From Actinomycetota bacterium (GTDB lineage: Bacteria; Actinomycetota; UBA4738; HRBIN12), in NCBI GenBank assembly GCA_050692855.1, contig JBOGVO010000066.1, forward strand, positions 1-36,445: DNA of 36,445 bases. The letters are read 5' to 3'. Below the pieces are notes generated by a model, which worked only from the letters and a program-made list of their open reading frames with translations, made no database searches and was not told the DNA's origin. Shown piece after piece: positions 11,666 to 20,788 of this stretch. The position numbers and the translations under genes were made by a program. Numbering within the stretch: the stretch's first letter is position 1; every line of letters begins with the position of its first letter.

Positions 11666-12778
11666 GTGAGCGAGGTCCTCGATCGGGTTCCCGGCCAGGA
11701 GCGCGCGATGGCGTTCCTGCGAAGCGCCGCCGAGCGTCCCCATCACGCGTACGTGCTCGCAGGTCCCGAAGGGAGCGGGAAGTCGCTCGCCGCGCGTGCG
11801 TTCGTCGCCGCGTTGGTCTGCGCCGACGGCGGGTGCGGCCGGTGTCGTGACTGCCGGATCGCGCTGAACGACCAGCATCCGAACGTGTTCCTCGTGGAGC
11901 CCGAGGGTCGAGACATCCACGTCGACACCGTGCGTGAGGAGGTCTGGCACCCGGCATCACGAACGGCTCCGGAACCCGGGCGCAAGATCTTCGTGATCCG
12001 TGAGGCCGATCGGCTCTCGCCTGCCGCCGCCGATACGCTCCTGAAGGTGCTCGAAGAGCCACCGGCCGACGCGGTCATCCTGTTGCTGTCGGCGAGGGCG
12101 CACGAGCTGCCCGACACGGTGCGCTCCCGGTGTCACGTGGTCACCTTCACCGCGCTGTCGGAGTCGTTCGTCGTCGAGGTGCTCACCGGTGAGGGCGTCG
12201 ATGCGACCCGCGCGCAGCTCGCGGCGCGTCTCACCGGCGGCAACCTCGGGCGGGCGCGTCGGCTCGCGTCGAACGACGACGGTCTGGCGTTTCGCGACGC
12301 CGCGCTCGAGGCGCTCGAGCTCGCGACCCGAGGTCCCGCGGGCGCCCTGGCGGCCGCCGACGCGGTGCTCGACGCCGCAGCGACGTACAAGAAGGGCATG
12401 AAGGCGGTGTCCGACGACGAGCTGGCCCCGTTCCTCGACGCCCACGGCCGACCCGAGGACATGTATCGAGGCGCCATCAGGCGTCTCGAGACCCGTTCCA
12501 AGCGGAGGGAGCGCCGCGCCGAGCGCGACTACGTCGATTGGGTGCTGCTCGCGGTCTCCGCGGTGCTGCGCGATCGCGTCGCGACGCAGGTCGGCATGCC
12601 GCGCGAGACGCTCATGAACCCCGACCTCACGCCCGACGCCGAGCTCTCCGTCGTGCGCGCCGGCCGCGGTCTCGTGGGCGTCGAGGCCACCCGCGCCGAG
12701 CTCGCCGAGGATCTCAACCTCAACACCCGTCTCGTGCTCGAGCGGGCGTTCCTCGGTCTGGCCGAGATCGCGGCCTGA
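11666..12778 (+). CDS. holB: DNA polymerase III subunit delta-prime
   Basis: GTG 11666. Motifs are HAYVLAGPEGSGKS, zinc module CADGGCGRCRDC, LLKVLEEPP and the SRC motif (TVRSRC). Confidence 0.9.
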   Translation: MSEVLDRVPGQERAMAFLRSAAERPHHAYVLAGPEGSGKSLAARAFVAALVCADGGCGRCRDCRIALNDQHPNVFLVEPEGRDIHVDTVREEVWHPASRTAPEPGRKIFVIREADRLSPAAADTLLKVLEEPPADAVILLLSARAHELPDTVRSRCHVVTFTALSESFVVEVLTGEGVDATRAQLAARLTGGNLGRARRLASNDDGLAFRDAALEALELATRGPAGALAAADAVLDAAATYKKGMKAVSDDELAPFLDAHGRPEDMYRGAIRRLETRSKRRERRAERDYVDWVLLAVSAVLRDRVATQVGMPRETLMNPDLTPDAELSVVRAGRGLVGVEATRAELAEDLNLNTRLVLERAFLGLAEIAA

Positions 12779-12793
12779 TCGCGTGACGGCTCG

Positions 12794-13774
12794 TCAGCGG
12801 CAGTCGAACGTACCGCGATCGCGGAACGCCGGGTCCGTGGGAAGGCCGACCCATGCGTAGCTGTAGCTCTCGTCGTGCAAGGTCAGCCGCAGGACACCGA
12901 AGGCCTTGTTCTGAACGGCCAGCAGGTTGGCCGGGCGGGGCTTCTTCCCCAAGGGGTAGAGCGAGCGTCCGCCCGTGCCCACGGTGAACTGCCGGATGCC
13001 GAGCGCGTCACGCGTGCCGTCGACATCCTGGGGCGCCCAGCGGTGGTAGATGTGGTTGTGACCGGCGAGCATCACGTCGACGCCGTGCCCGTCCATCAGC
13101 CGCCACAGGTCGAGGTACATCTCGTTCTCCGAGCCGCCGTTCGGGCGGGGATCGTCCGGGTCCACGAACTTCTGCCACTGGCGCCAGTCGAACGTCGGAT
13201 GGTGCTGGAAGGCCAGCGTGCACATCGCATCGTCGTCGGCCAGATCGGCTTCGAGCCACTCGTACTGCGCGGTGCCCGGACCGCAGCCGGGGTCGTCGCG
13301 GCAGATGTCGGAGTTCAGTGACACGACGTGCCATGCCCCCAGGTCGAACGAGTAATAGCCTTCAGGTCCGTTGGCGACGGGTCCGAAGTAGTCGAAGTAG
13401 CCCTGAGCCCCGTCGGTGCCGTACTCGTGGTTGCCCGGCGTCGGCATCGTGATGGGCTTGAGCTGGCCGAACTGCCGGTCCCACACGCGCAGGAACTCGT
13501 CGAGCGCCCCCTTGTTGTACTGGAGATCGCCCAGGGCCAGGAAGCGGTCGGGCGCGAGGTCGGTGATGAGGGCGGCCACCTCGTCCGAGCGGCAGGCCCC
13601 CTCACCGTCGCTCTGACTGAAGGACTGGCAGGCGATGTCGCCCACGGCCGCGATCACCGGGTCGGGCGACGGCGGCGCAGCGGCGATCGGCGTGACGGGG
13701 CCGGCCAGGGTCGCACCACCGACGAGGGCCATCGCGGTGGCGAGCAAGGCTCGTCGGCGGATACGGAGAGACAT
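12794..13774 (-). CDS. secreted purple-acid-phosphatase-like metallophosphoesterase
   Basis: ATG 13774 has GAGGAG 5 nt upstream. Twin-arginine-like signal MSLRIRRRALLATAMALVGG. Metallophosphoesterase blocks appear in order: VGDIAC, GDLQYN, GNHEY, FQHHP, GHNHIYHR. Confidence 0.85.
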   Translation of the reverse strand: MSLRIRRRALLATAMALVGGATLAGPVTPIAAAPPSPDPVIAAVGDIACQSFSQSDGEGACRSDEVAALITDLAPDRFLALGDLQYNKGALDEFLRVWDRQFGQLKPITMPTPGNHEYGTDGAQGYFDYFGPVANGPEGYYSFDLGAWHVVSLNSDICRDDPGCGPGTAQYEWLEADLADDDAMCTLAFQHHPTFDWRQWQKFVDPDDPRPNGGSENEMYLDLWRLMDGHGVDVMLAGHNHIYHRWAPQDVDGTRDALGIRQFTVGTGGRSLYPLGKKPRPANLLAVQNKAFGVLRLTLHDESYSYAWVGLPTDPAFRDRGTFDCR

Positions 13775-13886
13775 GACGGCTCCTCGGGTCGGGGTCCGCG
13801 GAGTCAATCACGGTCTGGACGTCGTGGCAATCCTCCAGAAGGCTCGAGAAGGGCGGCAGATCCGCGCCGCTAGCAGGCCTCCGGAA

Positions 13887-13903
13887 AGTGGTGCTGGCAT
13901 CAC
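13887..13903. promoter_or_regulatory. 7-2-7 inverted-repeat operator candidate, copy 1 (AGTGGTGCTGGCATCAC)
   Basis: GTGGTGC-TG-GCAtCAC, with one mismatch to a perfect palindrome. 16 of 17 positions match the copy at 22929-22945. It lies 50 nt upstream of the REC-only ATG and 112 nt from the divergent phosphoesterase ATG. Confidence 0.55.
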
Positions 13904-13953
13904 TGGCAGCGGTGTCTCCTCGTGGGACGCTTGCTGTGGAGGCCCGTGATTCC

Positions 13954-14328
13954 ATGACCGTTCGAGTGCTCATCGTGGACGACCAGGAGCCGTTCCGCAT
14001 GGCGGCCCGCATGGTCGTGGAAGCCACCGACGGGTTCGACGTCGTCGGCGAGGCCGAGACCGGCGAGGACTCGGTCACGATGGCGGCCGACCTGACTCCC
14101 GACCTCGTGCTGATGGACGTGAACCTGCCCGGCATCAACGGCCTCGACGCGACCCGGCAGATCCTCGTTGGAGGCGACGGTACGGTCGTCGTGTTGCTGC
14201 TCTCGACGTACGAGGAGGAGGAGTATGCGCCGCGGGCCGCCGAGTGCGGCGCAGCCGCGTACATCCCCAAGGCCGTGTTCGGTCCGGACCGGCTCGAAGA
14301 CGCGTGGACCGCAGCATCGGGCGGGTGA
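13954..14328 (+). CDS. stand-alone receiver (REC) domain protein, NarL-type receiver without an HTH
   Basis: ATG 13954 has GTGGAGG 11 nt upstream. MTVRVLIVDDQEPF.., phospho-acceptor context LVLMDVNLPG, and conserved LLLST and YIPK positions. It stops right after helix 5 (124 aa), and no LuxR HTH follows. Confidence 0.85.
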   Translation: MTVRVLIVDDQEPFRMAARMVVEATDGFDVVGEAETGEDSVTMAADLTPDLVLMDVNLPGINGLDATRQILVGGDGTVVVLLLSTYEEEEYAPRAAECGAAAYIPKAVFGPDRLEDAWTAASGG

Positions 14329-14346
14329 GGCACGCCGAGCTCGACG

Positions 14347-16465
14347 TCAGGCGACCGGGACCGCTCCGGTCACGGTCGTGCCGGCCCCCGGCGAACTCTC
14401 GATCGTCACCGAACCTCCGATCGCGTCGATCCGGTCCGAGATGCCCTGCAGGCCCGAACCGTGCATGACGCCGGCCGCATCGAGCCCTCTGCCGTCGTCG
14501 GCCACGGCGAACTCGAGTGATCCGTTGCGCTGCCCGAGCGAGATCGTCACGCGCGATGCCTGGGCGTACTTGACCACGTTCTGCAGGGCCTCGAGGCACG
14601 AGAAGTAGACGGCGGCCTCCACTTCCTGCGGATAGCGGCCCACCGCGTCGGCCGTGACCGTGACCGGCGTCGGGGACTTCCTCCCTTGTGCCTCGAGCGC
14701 CGCTTCGAGGCCTTGGTCGGCCAGCAACGGCGGGTAGATGCCGCGCGCGAGGTCGCGGAGATCGTCGATCGCGGACCGCGTCTGCACCTGGAGCTGCGCC
14801 ATCATCTCGTGCGCCTTCGCCGGATCCCGCTCCATCAGGGAATCGGCGAGCCGCAGCTTGACCCCGAGCGCCACGAGCTGCTGTTGCGCGCCGTCGTGGA
14901 TGTTGCGTTCGAGCTTGCGTCGTTCCGCGTCCTGCGCGGTGACGAGCCGCTGCCGTGAGGCGCGGAGCTCCTCGATCAGCCGAACGTTCCGCAGCACCAA
15001 TCCGGCCTGGGCCGCGAGATCGCGCATCAGTCGCTGTCACGCGGGCCCCACCGGGTCGTTCTGGTGCGAGACGATCGAGAGCGCGCCGAGCAGTCCCTCG
15101 GTGGCGGACCTCGACCGCCGCGTCGCCGGGCAGGTCGGGAAGGGCGTTGGCCGTCTCGTGCACGGGCGGCGTCGCCGGCGCGTCAGGCGGCCACGCCGCC
15201 GCCGGGAGGAACGAGTCGCCCACGCGCAGCCAGATGCGAGCCTCTGCGGCTCGAACGCTCTCGCCGAGGACCGCGGCCATGCGCGGCAGCACATCGTCGA
15301 TCGCCTAGGCATCGGCGAGGCGTCCAGAGAATTCGGTGAGCGCTTCATAGGGGGTGGCCCGTCCTCCGTAGACCAGCCGGTCGGCGATGCGGCGCGCTAG
15401 ACGCCACAGCGCCGAGGTCAAGGCACCGATCACGAGACCGGTCAGTCCGATGGCCAGGGGTTCGTCCGCCGCGAGATCGGTCAGGGGGCCACTGATGAGC
15501 AGCAGCACCCCGATGCCGGCGACCATGATCAGCGCGACCGTGATCGCGAAGATCACGGTCTTCTTGATCACGAGATCGAGGTCGTAGAGGCGGAAGCGGA
15601 AGATCGCCACGGCCGTCGCGACGGGGATGCCCACCACGATCGTGATGACGAGTAGCACGATGAGCACGTTCGCGGCAGCCGCGGCGAACCCGGTCTCGCG
15701 GTTGCCGCTTGTGATGCCCGCGACGATGGTCGACGCGAACAGCACCCCGCCGATGCTGCCCACGGCGCCGAGCCAGCGGATCTGCTGTCGTTCCTCCGGA
15801 CCGGCGCTCCGCGCGCGGAAGATCAAGGAGGTCAGGGCGACGAAGGCGCTGGCGACCAGGAGCAGGCCGGTCACGGCCAGTGCGACCTCGAGGACGAGCT
15901 CGATGGGCTCGATGCCCACCGGGTTCGTCAGCACGACGCCGTCGATCTCGTGCCAGCTGAACGGTTGCACGGCGAAGCCGGCCACGGTCACGATGAGCGA
16001 CGCGCCGTAGATGCGCCACGGAACCCCGCCATCTGGGCGATGGGAGCGAGCCGGTCGGGTAGAGGAAGAAGACCGCCGGCAGCAGTCCCAGGCAGACGAA
16101 GAACGGCCATCGGCTGAGCCAGTTCGCCACCCCGACGAGCTCGAGGGGACGCTGTTGGTCGACCGCCGTGTCGACCCAGTTCTGCGCAGGTACCACGATC
16201 GCGAACGAAACCGCGATGCCCAGGAAGACCCATCCGACCGCGTTCCCGGTGCGCGACGCGATCAAGGCGCCCACCACGGCGAAGGCGAGGCCGCCGAGCA
16301 TCCCGGGCACGATGAGGACGGTGTCCTCCGCGCCGATCCCCTGTCCGGACGCGAGCCTCGCCGCGAACGGGATCGTCATCAGGACGATGCTCGCGACTGC
16401 CACGGATCGGCGAGCACCGCCCGCCGCGAAACGGTCGCGCGCTCCTCGCCGTCGCCATGCTGCAT
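14347..16465 (-). pseudogene. sensor histidine kinase paralogue A, disrupted (2-3 frameshifts plus 2 in-frame stops)
   Basis: Homology to intact copies B/C runs through four ORF fragments. There is a +1 G in the run at 16024-16027, just after PSPRWR. An in-frame TAG at 15305-15307 sits where paralogues have Tyr (LTEFSGRLADA*AIDDVLPRM). A frameshift at ~15093-15099 lies inside VEVRHRG(E)LLGAL. An in-frame TGA is at 15037-15039 (NDPVGPA*QRLMRDLAAQAGLVL). The likely ancestral ATG 16465 (GAGGAGGAAG 7 nt upstream) is out of frame with the first TM segments. The length of 2119 nt is 1 mod 3. Confidence 0.85.
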
Positions 16466-16553
16466 GGTCGAATCTTCCTCCTCGGAACACCGGTCGGGGA
16501 AGGAGGCTCTCCGGTGGCTCGTACGCCGGCCCCCCCTGGCGGAGCGTGAGCGT

Positions 16554-18674
16554 TCACATCGACGCGTCGCGGGTGATGGGGAGGCGTCCGCGGACCGTCG
16601 TGCCGCTCCCGGGGGTCGACGCGATCTCGACCTCGCCGCCGAGGGCCGAGAGGCGGTCGACGATCCCCAGCAGACCGGTCCCGAAGCTGGTGCCAGTCGC
16701 GTCGAACCCGCGGCCGTCGTCGGCGACCTCGAAGTGGAGTGCTCTGTCGCCGACCACGAGCCGTACGGTGGCCGAGGTCGCGTGCGCATACTTCGCCACG
16801 TTCTGCAGGGCCTCGAGCACGGAGAAGTACACCGTGGTCTCGGTCTCGGGCGGGAACCGACCGACCCCGTCGGCGTCGACCCTGACAGGCGTGGGGGACT
16901 TCCGCGCCTGCGCCTCGAGGGCGGCCGACAGCCCCCGGTCGGCGAGTAGCGGCGGGTAGATACCTCGCGCCAGATCTCGCAGATTCTCCAGTGCTTCGGT
17001 CAGGTCGTGCTGCAGATCCTCGAGCATCTCCTCGGTCCTCGCCGGGTCCTTCGCCGCGAGCCCGCCGGCGAGTCGTGCCTTCACCGACAGCGCGACGAGC
17101 TGCTGCTGGGCGCCGTCGTGGATGTCGCGCTCGAGCTTCTTGCGCCGGTCGTCCTGGGCGGCGACGATGCGGCGCCGCGACTCGCGCAGCTCCTCGATCA
17201 GGCGAACGTTCCGCAGCACGAGTCCGGCTTGGGAGGCCAGGTCGTGGACGATGCGCTGCCGCCCCGCGCCCATCGGATCGCTCGCCGCCATCTGTACCGA
17301 CAGGGCGCCGAGGAGCTCGCCCTGGTGTCGCACCTCGATCCCGTGCTCGCCGAGGGTTGCGTGGAAGTCGGGGAGGGTGTCGTCCGGCAGACGGATGGGA
17401 TCGACGCGGTCGGCGTCGACGGGCCAGGTCTGCGCCGGGCGGAGCTCCGATCCGACCCGGACCCACACGCGCGCCACCAAGGCGCCCGTCGCCTCGCCGA
17501 GCAGCTGGGCCATCCGTGGCAACACGTCCTCGGTCGAGTACGTCTCGCCGACCCGCTCGGAGAACTCGGTGAGGACCTCGTACGGGGTGGCCCGGCCACC
17601 GTAGACGATCCGATCCGCGATCCGTCGCGCGAGCCGCCAGAGCGGCCACACGGACAGGCCCACGATGAGGCCGGTGAGCCCGACGGCCTGCGTCTCGTCG
17701 GGTGCGAGGTCTGTGAGCGGGCTGCTGAGCGCCAGCAGGGTGCCGACCGAGACCGCCATCAGCAGCACGACCAGCACGCCGAACACGATCGTCTTCTTCA
17801 CGACGACGTCCAGTTCGTAGAGGCGGTACTTCAGGACCGCGACACCCATCGCGACCGGGACGCCGATCCCGATGAGCGCGAAGGCCACGATGAAGAACAG
17901 GTCCGCGGCCGGCGATCCGTCGTAAGAGGGCCCCATGACGAGCGCCGTCACGATGCCGGCCACGACCACCACGACCAGCGTGGCGGCGACGTACGCGAGC
18001 CATCGGATCTGTTGGCGCTCCTCGCCGGTCGACCTTCGGTAGCGCAGGACGAGCGCCGCGATCGCCGCCGGGACCGACAGGAACACCACCACGACGGCGC
18101 CCGCACCGCCCAGGATTTCGGGGACCCGCCCGAGCGCCTCGACTCCGAAGGGGCTGCTCAGCGTGACGTCGAGGCCGAGGTCCTCGAACGGGCTCGGGTT
18201 CAGCGCTGTGCCGAGAGCGGCCAGGGCCATGGCCGTTCCGAGGGTCCACGGCAGGAACCGCCATCGCGGGCCGGGCACGCGGCCCGTGGGGAACAACACC
18301 GCGAGCAGCGCCAAGCCGCCCATGATCGGCAGCCAGAGCATGTCCGACAACAGCGCCACCACGGGGCCAAATGCAGGGTCCGGTCGCGGGGCGGTCTCGT
18401 ACACGTACGTCAGGTACTCGCTGGATACGCCGGTGAACACGAAGGCGATGCCGATCGCGATCATCAGCCAACCGATCGGGTTGGCCGGGTTCCTCGACGC
18501 GAGCACGGCGCCGACGGTCGGGTACCCCAGGATCATCGCGACGGCGAGCGGCACGAAGTAGGGGTCCTCGGAGAGGCTGTCGTTGATCGCCACGAGCGTC
18601 ACGGTCGCGGCGAGCATGAGCACGCCGCCGCCCCACAGAAGCCACGGCAAGCGGGAGCGTCTCGCCTCCGTCAT
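16554..18674 (-). CDS. polytopic sensor histidine kinase paralogue B (multi-TM sensor, GAF-like, HisKA_3, HATPase_c)
   Basis: 706 aa. ATG 18674 overlaps the stop of C (ATGA). About 10 hydrophobic segments. Motifs are LFPTGRVPGPRWR, ERQQIRWL, LKYRLYELDVVVKKT and YGGRATPYEVL. H-box ERDIHDGAQQQLVAL, N-box EALQNVAKYA, DDGRGFD, GTGLLGIVDR. Confidence 0.92.
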   Translation of the reverse strand: MTEARRSRLPWLLWGGGVLMLAATVTLVAINDSLSEDPYFVPLAVAMILGYPTVGAVLASRNPANPIGWLMIAIGIAFVFTGVSSEYLTYVYETAPRPDPAFGPVVALLSDMLWLPIMGGLALLAVLFPTGRVPGPRWRFLPWTLGTAMALAALGTALNPSPFEDLGLDVTLSSPFGVEALGRVPEILGGAGAVVVVFLSVPAAIAALVLRYRRSTGEERQQIRWLAYVAATLVVVVVAGIVTALVMGPSYDGSPAADLFFIVAFALIGIGVPVAMGVAVLKYRLYELDVVVKKTIVFGVLVVLLMAVSVGTLLALSSPLTDLAPDETQAVGLTGLIVGLSVWPLWRLARRIADRIVYGGRATPYEVLTEFSERVGETYSTEDVLPRMAQLLGEATGALVARVWVRVGSELRPAQTWPVDADRVDPIRLPDDTLPDFHATLGEHGIEVRHQGELLGALSVQMAASDPMGAGRQRIVHDLASQAGLVLRNVRLIEELRESRRRIVAAQDDRRKKLERDIHDGAQQQLVALSVKARLAGGLAAKDPARTEEMLEDLQHDLTEALENLRDLARGIYPPLLADRGLSAALEAQARKSPTPVRVDADGVGRFPPETETTVYFSVLEALQNVAKYAHATSATVRLVVGDRALHFEVADDGRGFDATGTSFGTGLLGIVDRLSALGGEVEIASTPGSGTTVRGRLPITRDASM

Positions 18675-20788
18675 GGCAGCATCTCCTGCCGGAGCGACGT
18701 CGGCAGCCGACCCGACACGACGGTGCCTGCGGCGGGCGTCGACCGGATCTCGAGGTCCCCGCCGATCGCCGCGATCCGGTCGGTCATGCCCTGAAGGCCC
18801 GTGCCGCGGGCGGTCACGATCGGGTCGAACCCCACGCCGTCATCGAGGACCTCGAACGTCAATAACCCGTCTCGCTCTCTGAGCCGGACCGTCGTGGACG
18901 TGGCCCCCGCGTACTTGGCGACGTTCTGCAACGCCTCGAGGCACGAGAAGTACACGGCCGACTCGATCTCCTGCGGGTAGCGCCCGATCCCGTCGGGCTC
19001 GACGGTGGTGGGCACCGTCGCCCTCCGCGCCTGCGCCTCGAGGGCCGCGGCGAGGCCCTGGTCGGCCAGCAGCGGCGGGTAGATGCCGCGCGCGAAGTCG
19101 CGCAGGTCCTCCAGCGTCTCGGTGGCCTGGGTCTGGAGCTCTGCGAGCATGGTCTGCGCACGCTCCGGGTCGTGCCCTGCGAGCTGTTCGGCCAGGCGCA
19201 ACTTGACGGTGAGCGCGACGAGCTGCTGCTGCGCGCCGTCGTGGATGTTCCGCTCGAGCTTCTTCGCTCGCTCGTCCTGGGCAGCCACGATCCGGTGCCG
19301 CGACTCGCGGAGCTCCTCGATCAGGCGGACGTTCCGCAAGACGAGCCCGGCTTCGGATGCGAGTCCGCGCAGGATCCGCTCCTTCGAGGGGTTCATCGGG
19401 TCGCTCGATGCCATCTCGACCGTGAGGGCGCCGAGCAGCTCCCCCCGGTGACGCACCTCGAAGGCCTCCTCGCCGAAGTCCGGCAGGGCGTCGCCCGTGA
19501 CGCGCAGGGCGCGACGGCGATGGGCCTCGCCCGGCCAGGCCGCGGCCTCGCGAAGCTCCCCGCCTACGTGCAGCCACACCCGGGCGATCCGCGCGCGCGT
19601 GGCCTGGCCGAGCAACTGCGCCATGCGCGGCAGGACGTCCTCGGTCGAGTAGGTCTCGCCGACCCGCTCCGTGAAGTCGGAGAGCACCTCGTACGGGCTG
19701 GCGCGGCCACCGTAGACGACCCGGTCGGCCATGCGCCTCGCGAGTCGGTAGAGAGGCCAGACGAGCATGCCGATCACGAGCGTGACGATGCCGCCGGCCT
19801 GGGTGTCCTCGCCACGAGCACCCCGCGTCAGCACGCTGCCCACCACGACGAAGATGAGCACGCTGACGGCCATGATCAGCATGATCAGCACCGCGAAGAC
19901 CACGGTCTTCTTCACGACGACGTCGAGGTCGTAGAGGCGGTACTTCAGGATCGCGATACCGCAGGCAGCGGGGATCCCGAACATCAGCACGAGGAAGAAT
20001 CCGAAGAACGTGAGGTTGCCGACGACGTCGGTCTCGCCGACCTCGAACCCCAGCGCGGTCCGGATGCCCCAGCTTGCCAACCCGAGCACGAGGATCGCGA
20101 CCAGCAGCGCACCGACGAACGCGAGCCAGCGGATCTGCTGACGCTCCTCTTCCTGGGAGCGGCGGAATCGGAGCACGAGCGAGACCACGGCGAGCACCGA
20201 GCAGGCGAAGGCGACGAGACCCGCGATCCCGGTCACACCCTCCACGACGCCCCTCCACGCGAGCGGAAGCGCGAACGGGTTCATGACCGTGGCGTCGAAC
20301 TCGGCGAAGACGGCATCGATCCGGCCCGGAGTCAGCGCGAAGAGTGTCAGGTTGATCGCGAGCGCGGCGAGCAGCACGAGCAGGATCGGACGCCACCGCG
20401 GGCCGGGAACGCGTCCGGTCGGGTAGAGCAGGAACAGCAGTGGGATCGGTGCGAGGATGAACCCGAACCCGGCACGTCCGATCCACGCCGCCGCACCGGC
20501 GGCTGGCAGATCGACGCCGTCGTCGAACACCGAGCTGGCGTACACACCCGAGGCCAACGAGACCGCGAGCGCGAGCCCGATCCACGCCAGGAGCAGGCCG
20601 ATCCGGTTGTCGGGAGCCCTGGACGTGATCAACGCACCGACGGTCGCGTACGCGAGCATCGTCGGCGGCAGGACCGCGTAGGCGAACACGCCGGCCGGCG
20701 CCGAGTCGCGCAGATCGAGGAACAGCCACGCCACGAGCAGGATCATGGTGACGGCCCAGATCGCCCAGGCGACTCGGCGGGCGGTCAT
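18671..20788 (-). CDS. polytopic sensor histidine kinase paralogue C
   Basis: 705 aa. ATG 20788 overlaps the stop of D (ATGA). Same motif set: LYPTGRVPGPRWR, ERQQIRWL, LKYRLYDLDVVVKKT, YGGRASPYEVL, ERNIHDGAQQQLVAL, EALQNVAKYA, DDGVGFD, GTGLQGMTDR. Confidence 0.92.
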   Translation of the reverse strand: MTARRVAWAIWAVTMILLVAWLFLDLRDSAPAGVFAYAVLPPTMLAYATVGALITSRAPDNRIGLLLAWIGLALAVSLASGVYASSVFDDGVDLPAAGAAAWIGRAGFGFILAPIPLLFLLYPTGRVPGPRWRPILLVLLAALAINLTLFALTPGRIDAVFAEFDATVMNPFALPLAWRGVVEGVTGIAGLVAFACSVLAVVSLVLRFRRSQEEERQQIRWLAFVGALLVAILVLGLASWGIRTALGFEVGETDVVGNLTFFGFFLVLMFGIPAACGIAILKYRLYDLDVVVKKTVVFAVLIMLIMAVSVLIFVVVGSVLTRGARGEDTQAGGIVTLVIGMLVWPLYRLARRMADRVVYGGRASPYEVLSDFTERVGETYSTEDVLPRMAQLLGQATRARIARVWLHVGGELREAAAWPGEAHRRRALRVTGDALPDFGEEAFEVRHRGELLGALTVEMASSDPMNPSKERILRGLASEAGLVLRNVRLIEELRESRHRIVAAQDERAKKLERNIHDGAQQQLVALTVKLRLAEQLAGHDPERAQTMLAELQTQATETLEDLRDFARGIYPPLLADQGLAAALEAQARRATVPTTVEPDGIGRYPQEIESAVYFSCLEALQNVAKYAGATSTTVRLRERDGLLTFEVLDDGVGFDPIVTARGTGLQGMTDRIAAIGGDLEIRSTPAAGTVVSGRLPTSLRQEMLP

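Noticed and set aside
15037-15307. In-frame TGA (15037-15039) and TAG (15305-15307) in kinase A as selenocysteine/pyrrolysine recoding, or programmed frameshifting in A and F
   Set aside because: The stops replace ordinary conserved residues (a Tyr position, a linker position), and no SECIS-like hairpin is evident. The same genes carry several unrelated indels with no slippery heptamers. Multiple independent lesions fit pseudogenisation.
16530-16536. C7 tract between kinases B and A, and G7 tract at 22886-22892, as phase-variation switches
   Set aside because: Runs of 7 G/C are not unusual in DNA this GC-rich, and neither lies inside an intact coding frame. There is no evidence of length variation from a single sequence.
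15988-18645. 885-aa same-strand alternative frame over kinase B and the 5' part of pseudogene A
   Set aside because: It is out of frame with a fully motif-supported kinase gene. The product is an Arg/Gly/Pro-rich string typical of the +1 frame of high-GC genes.
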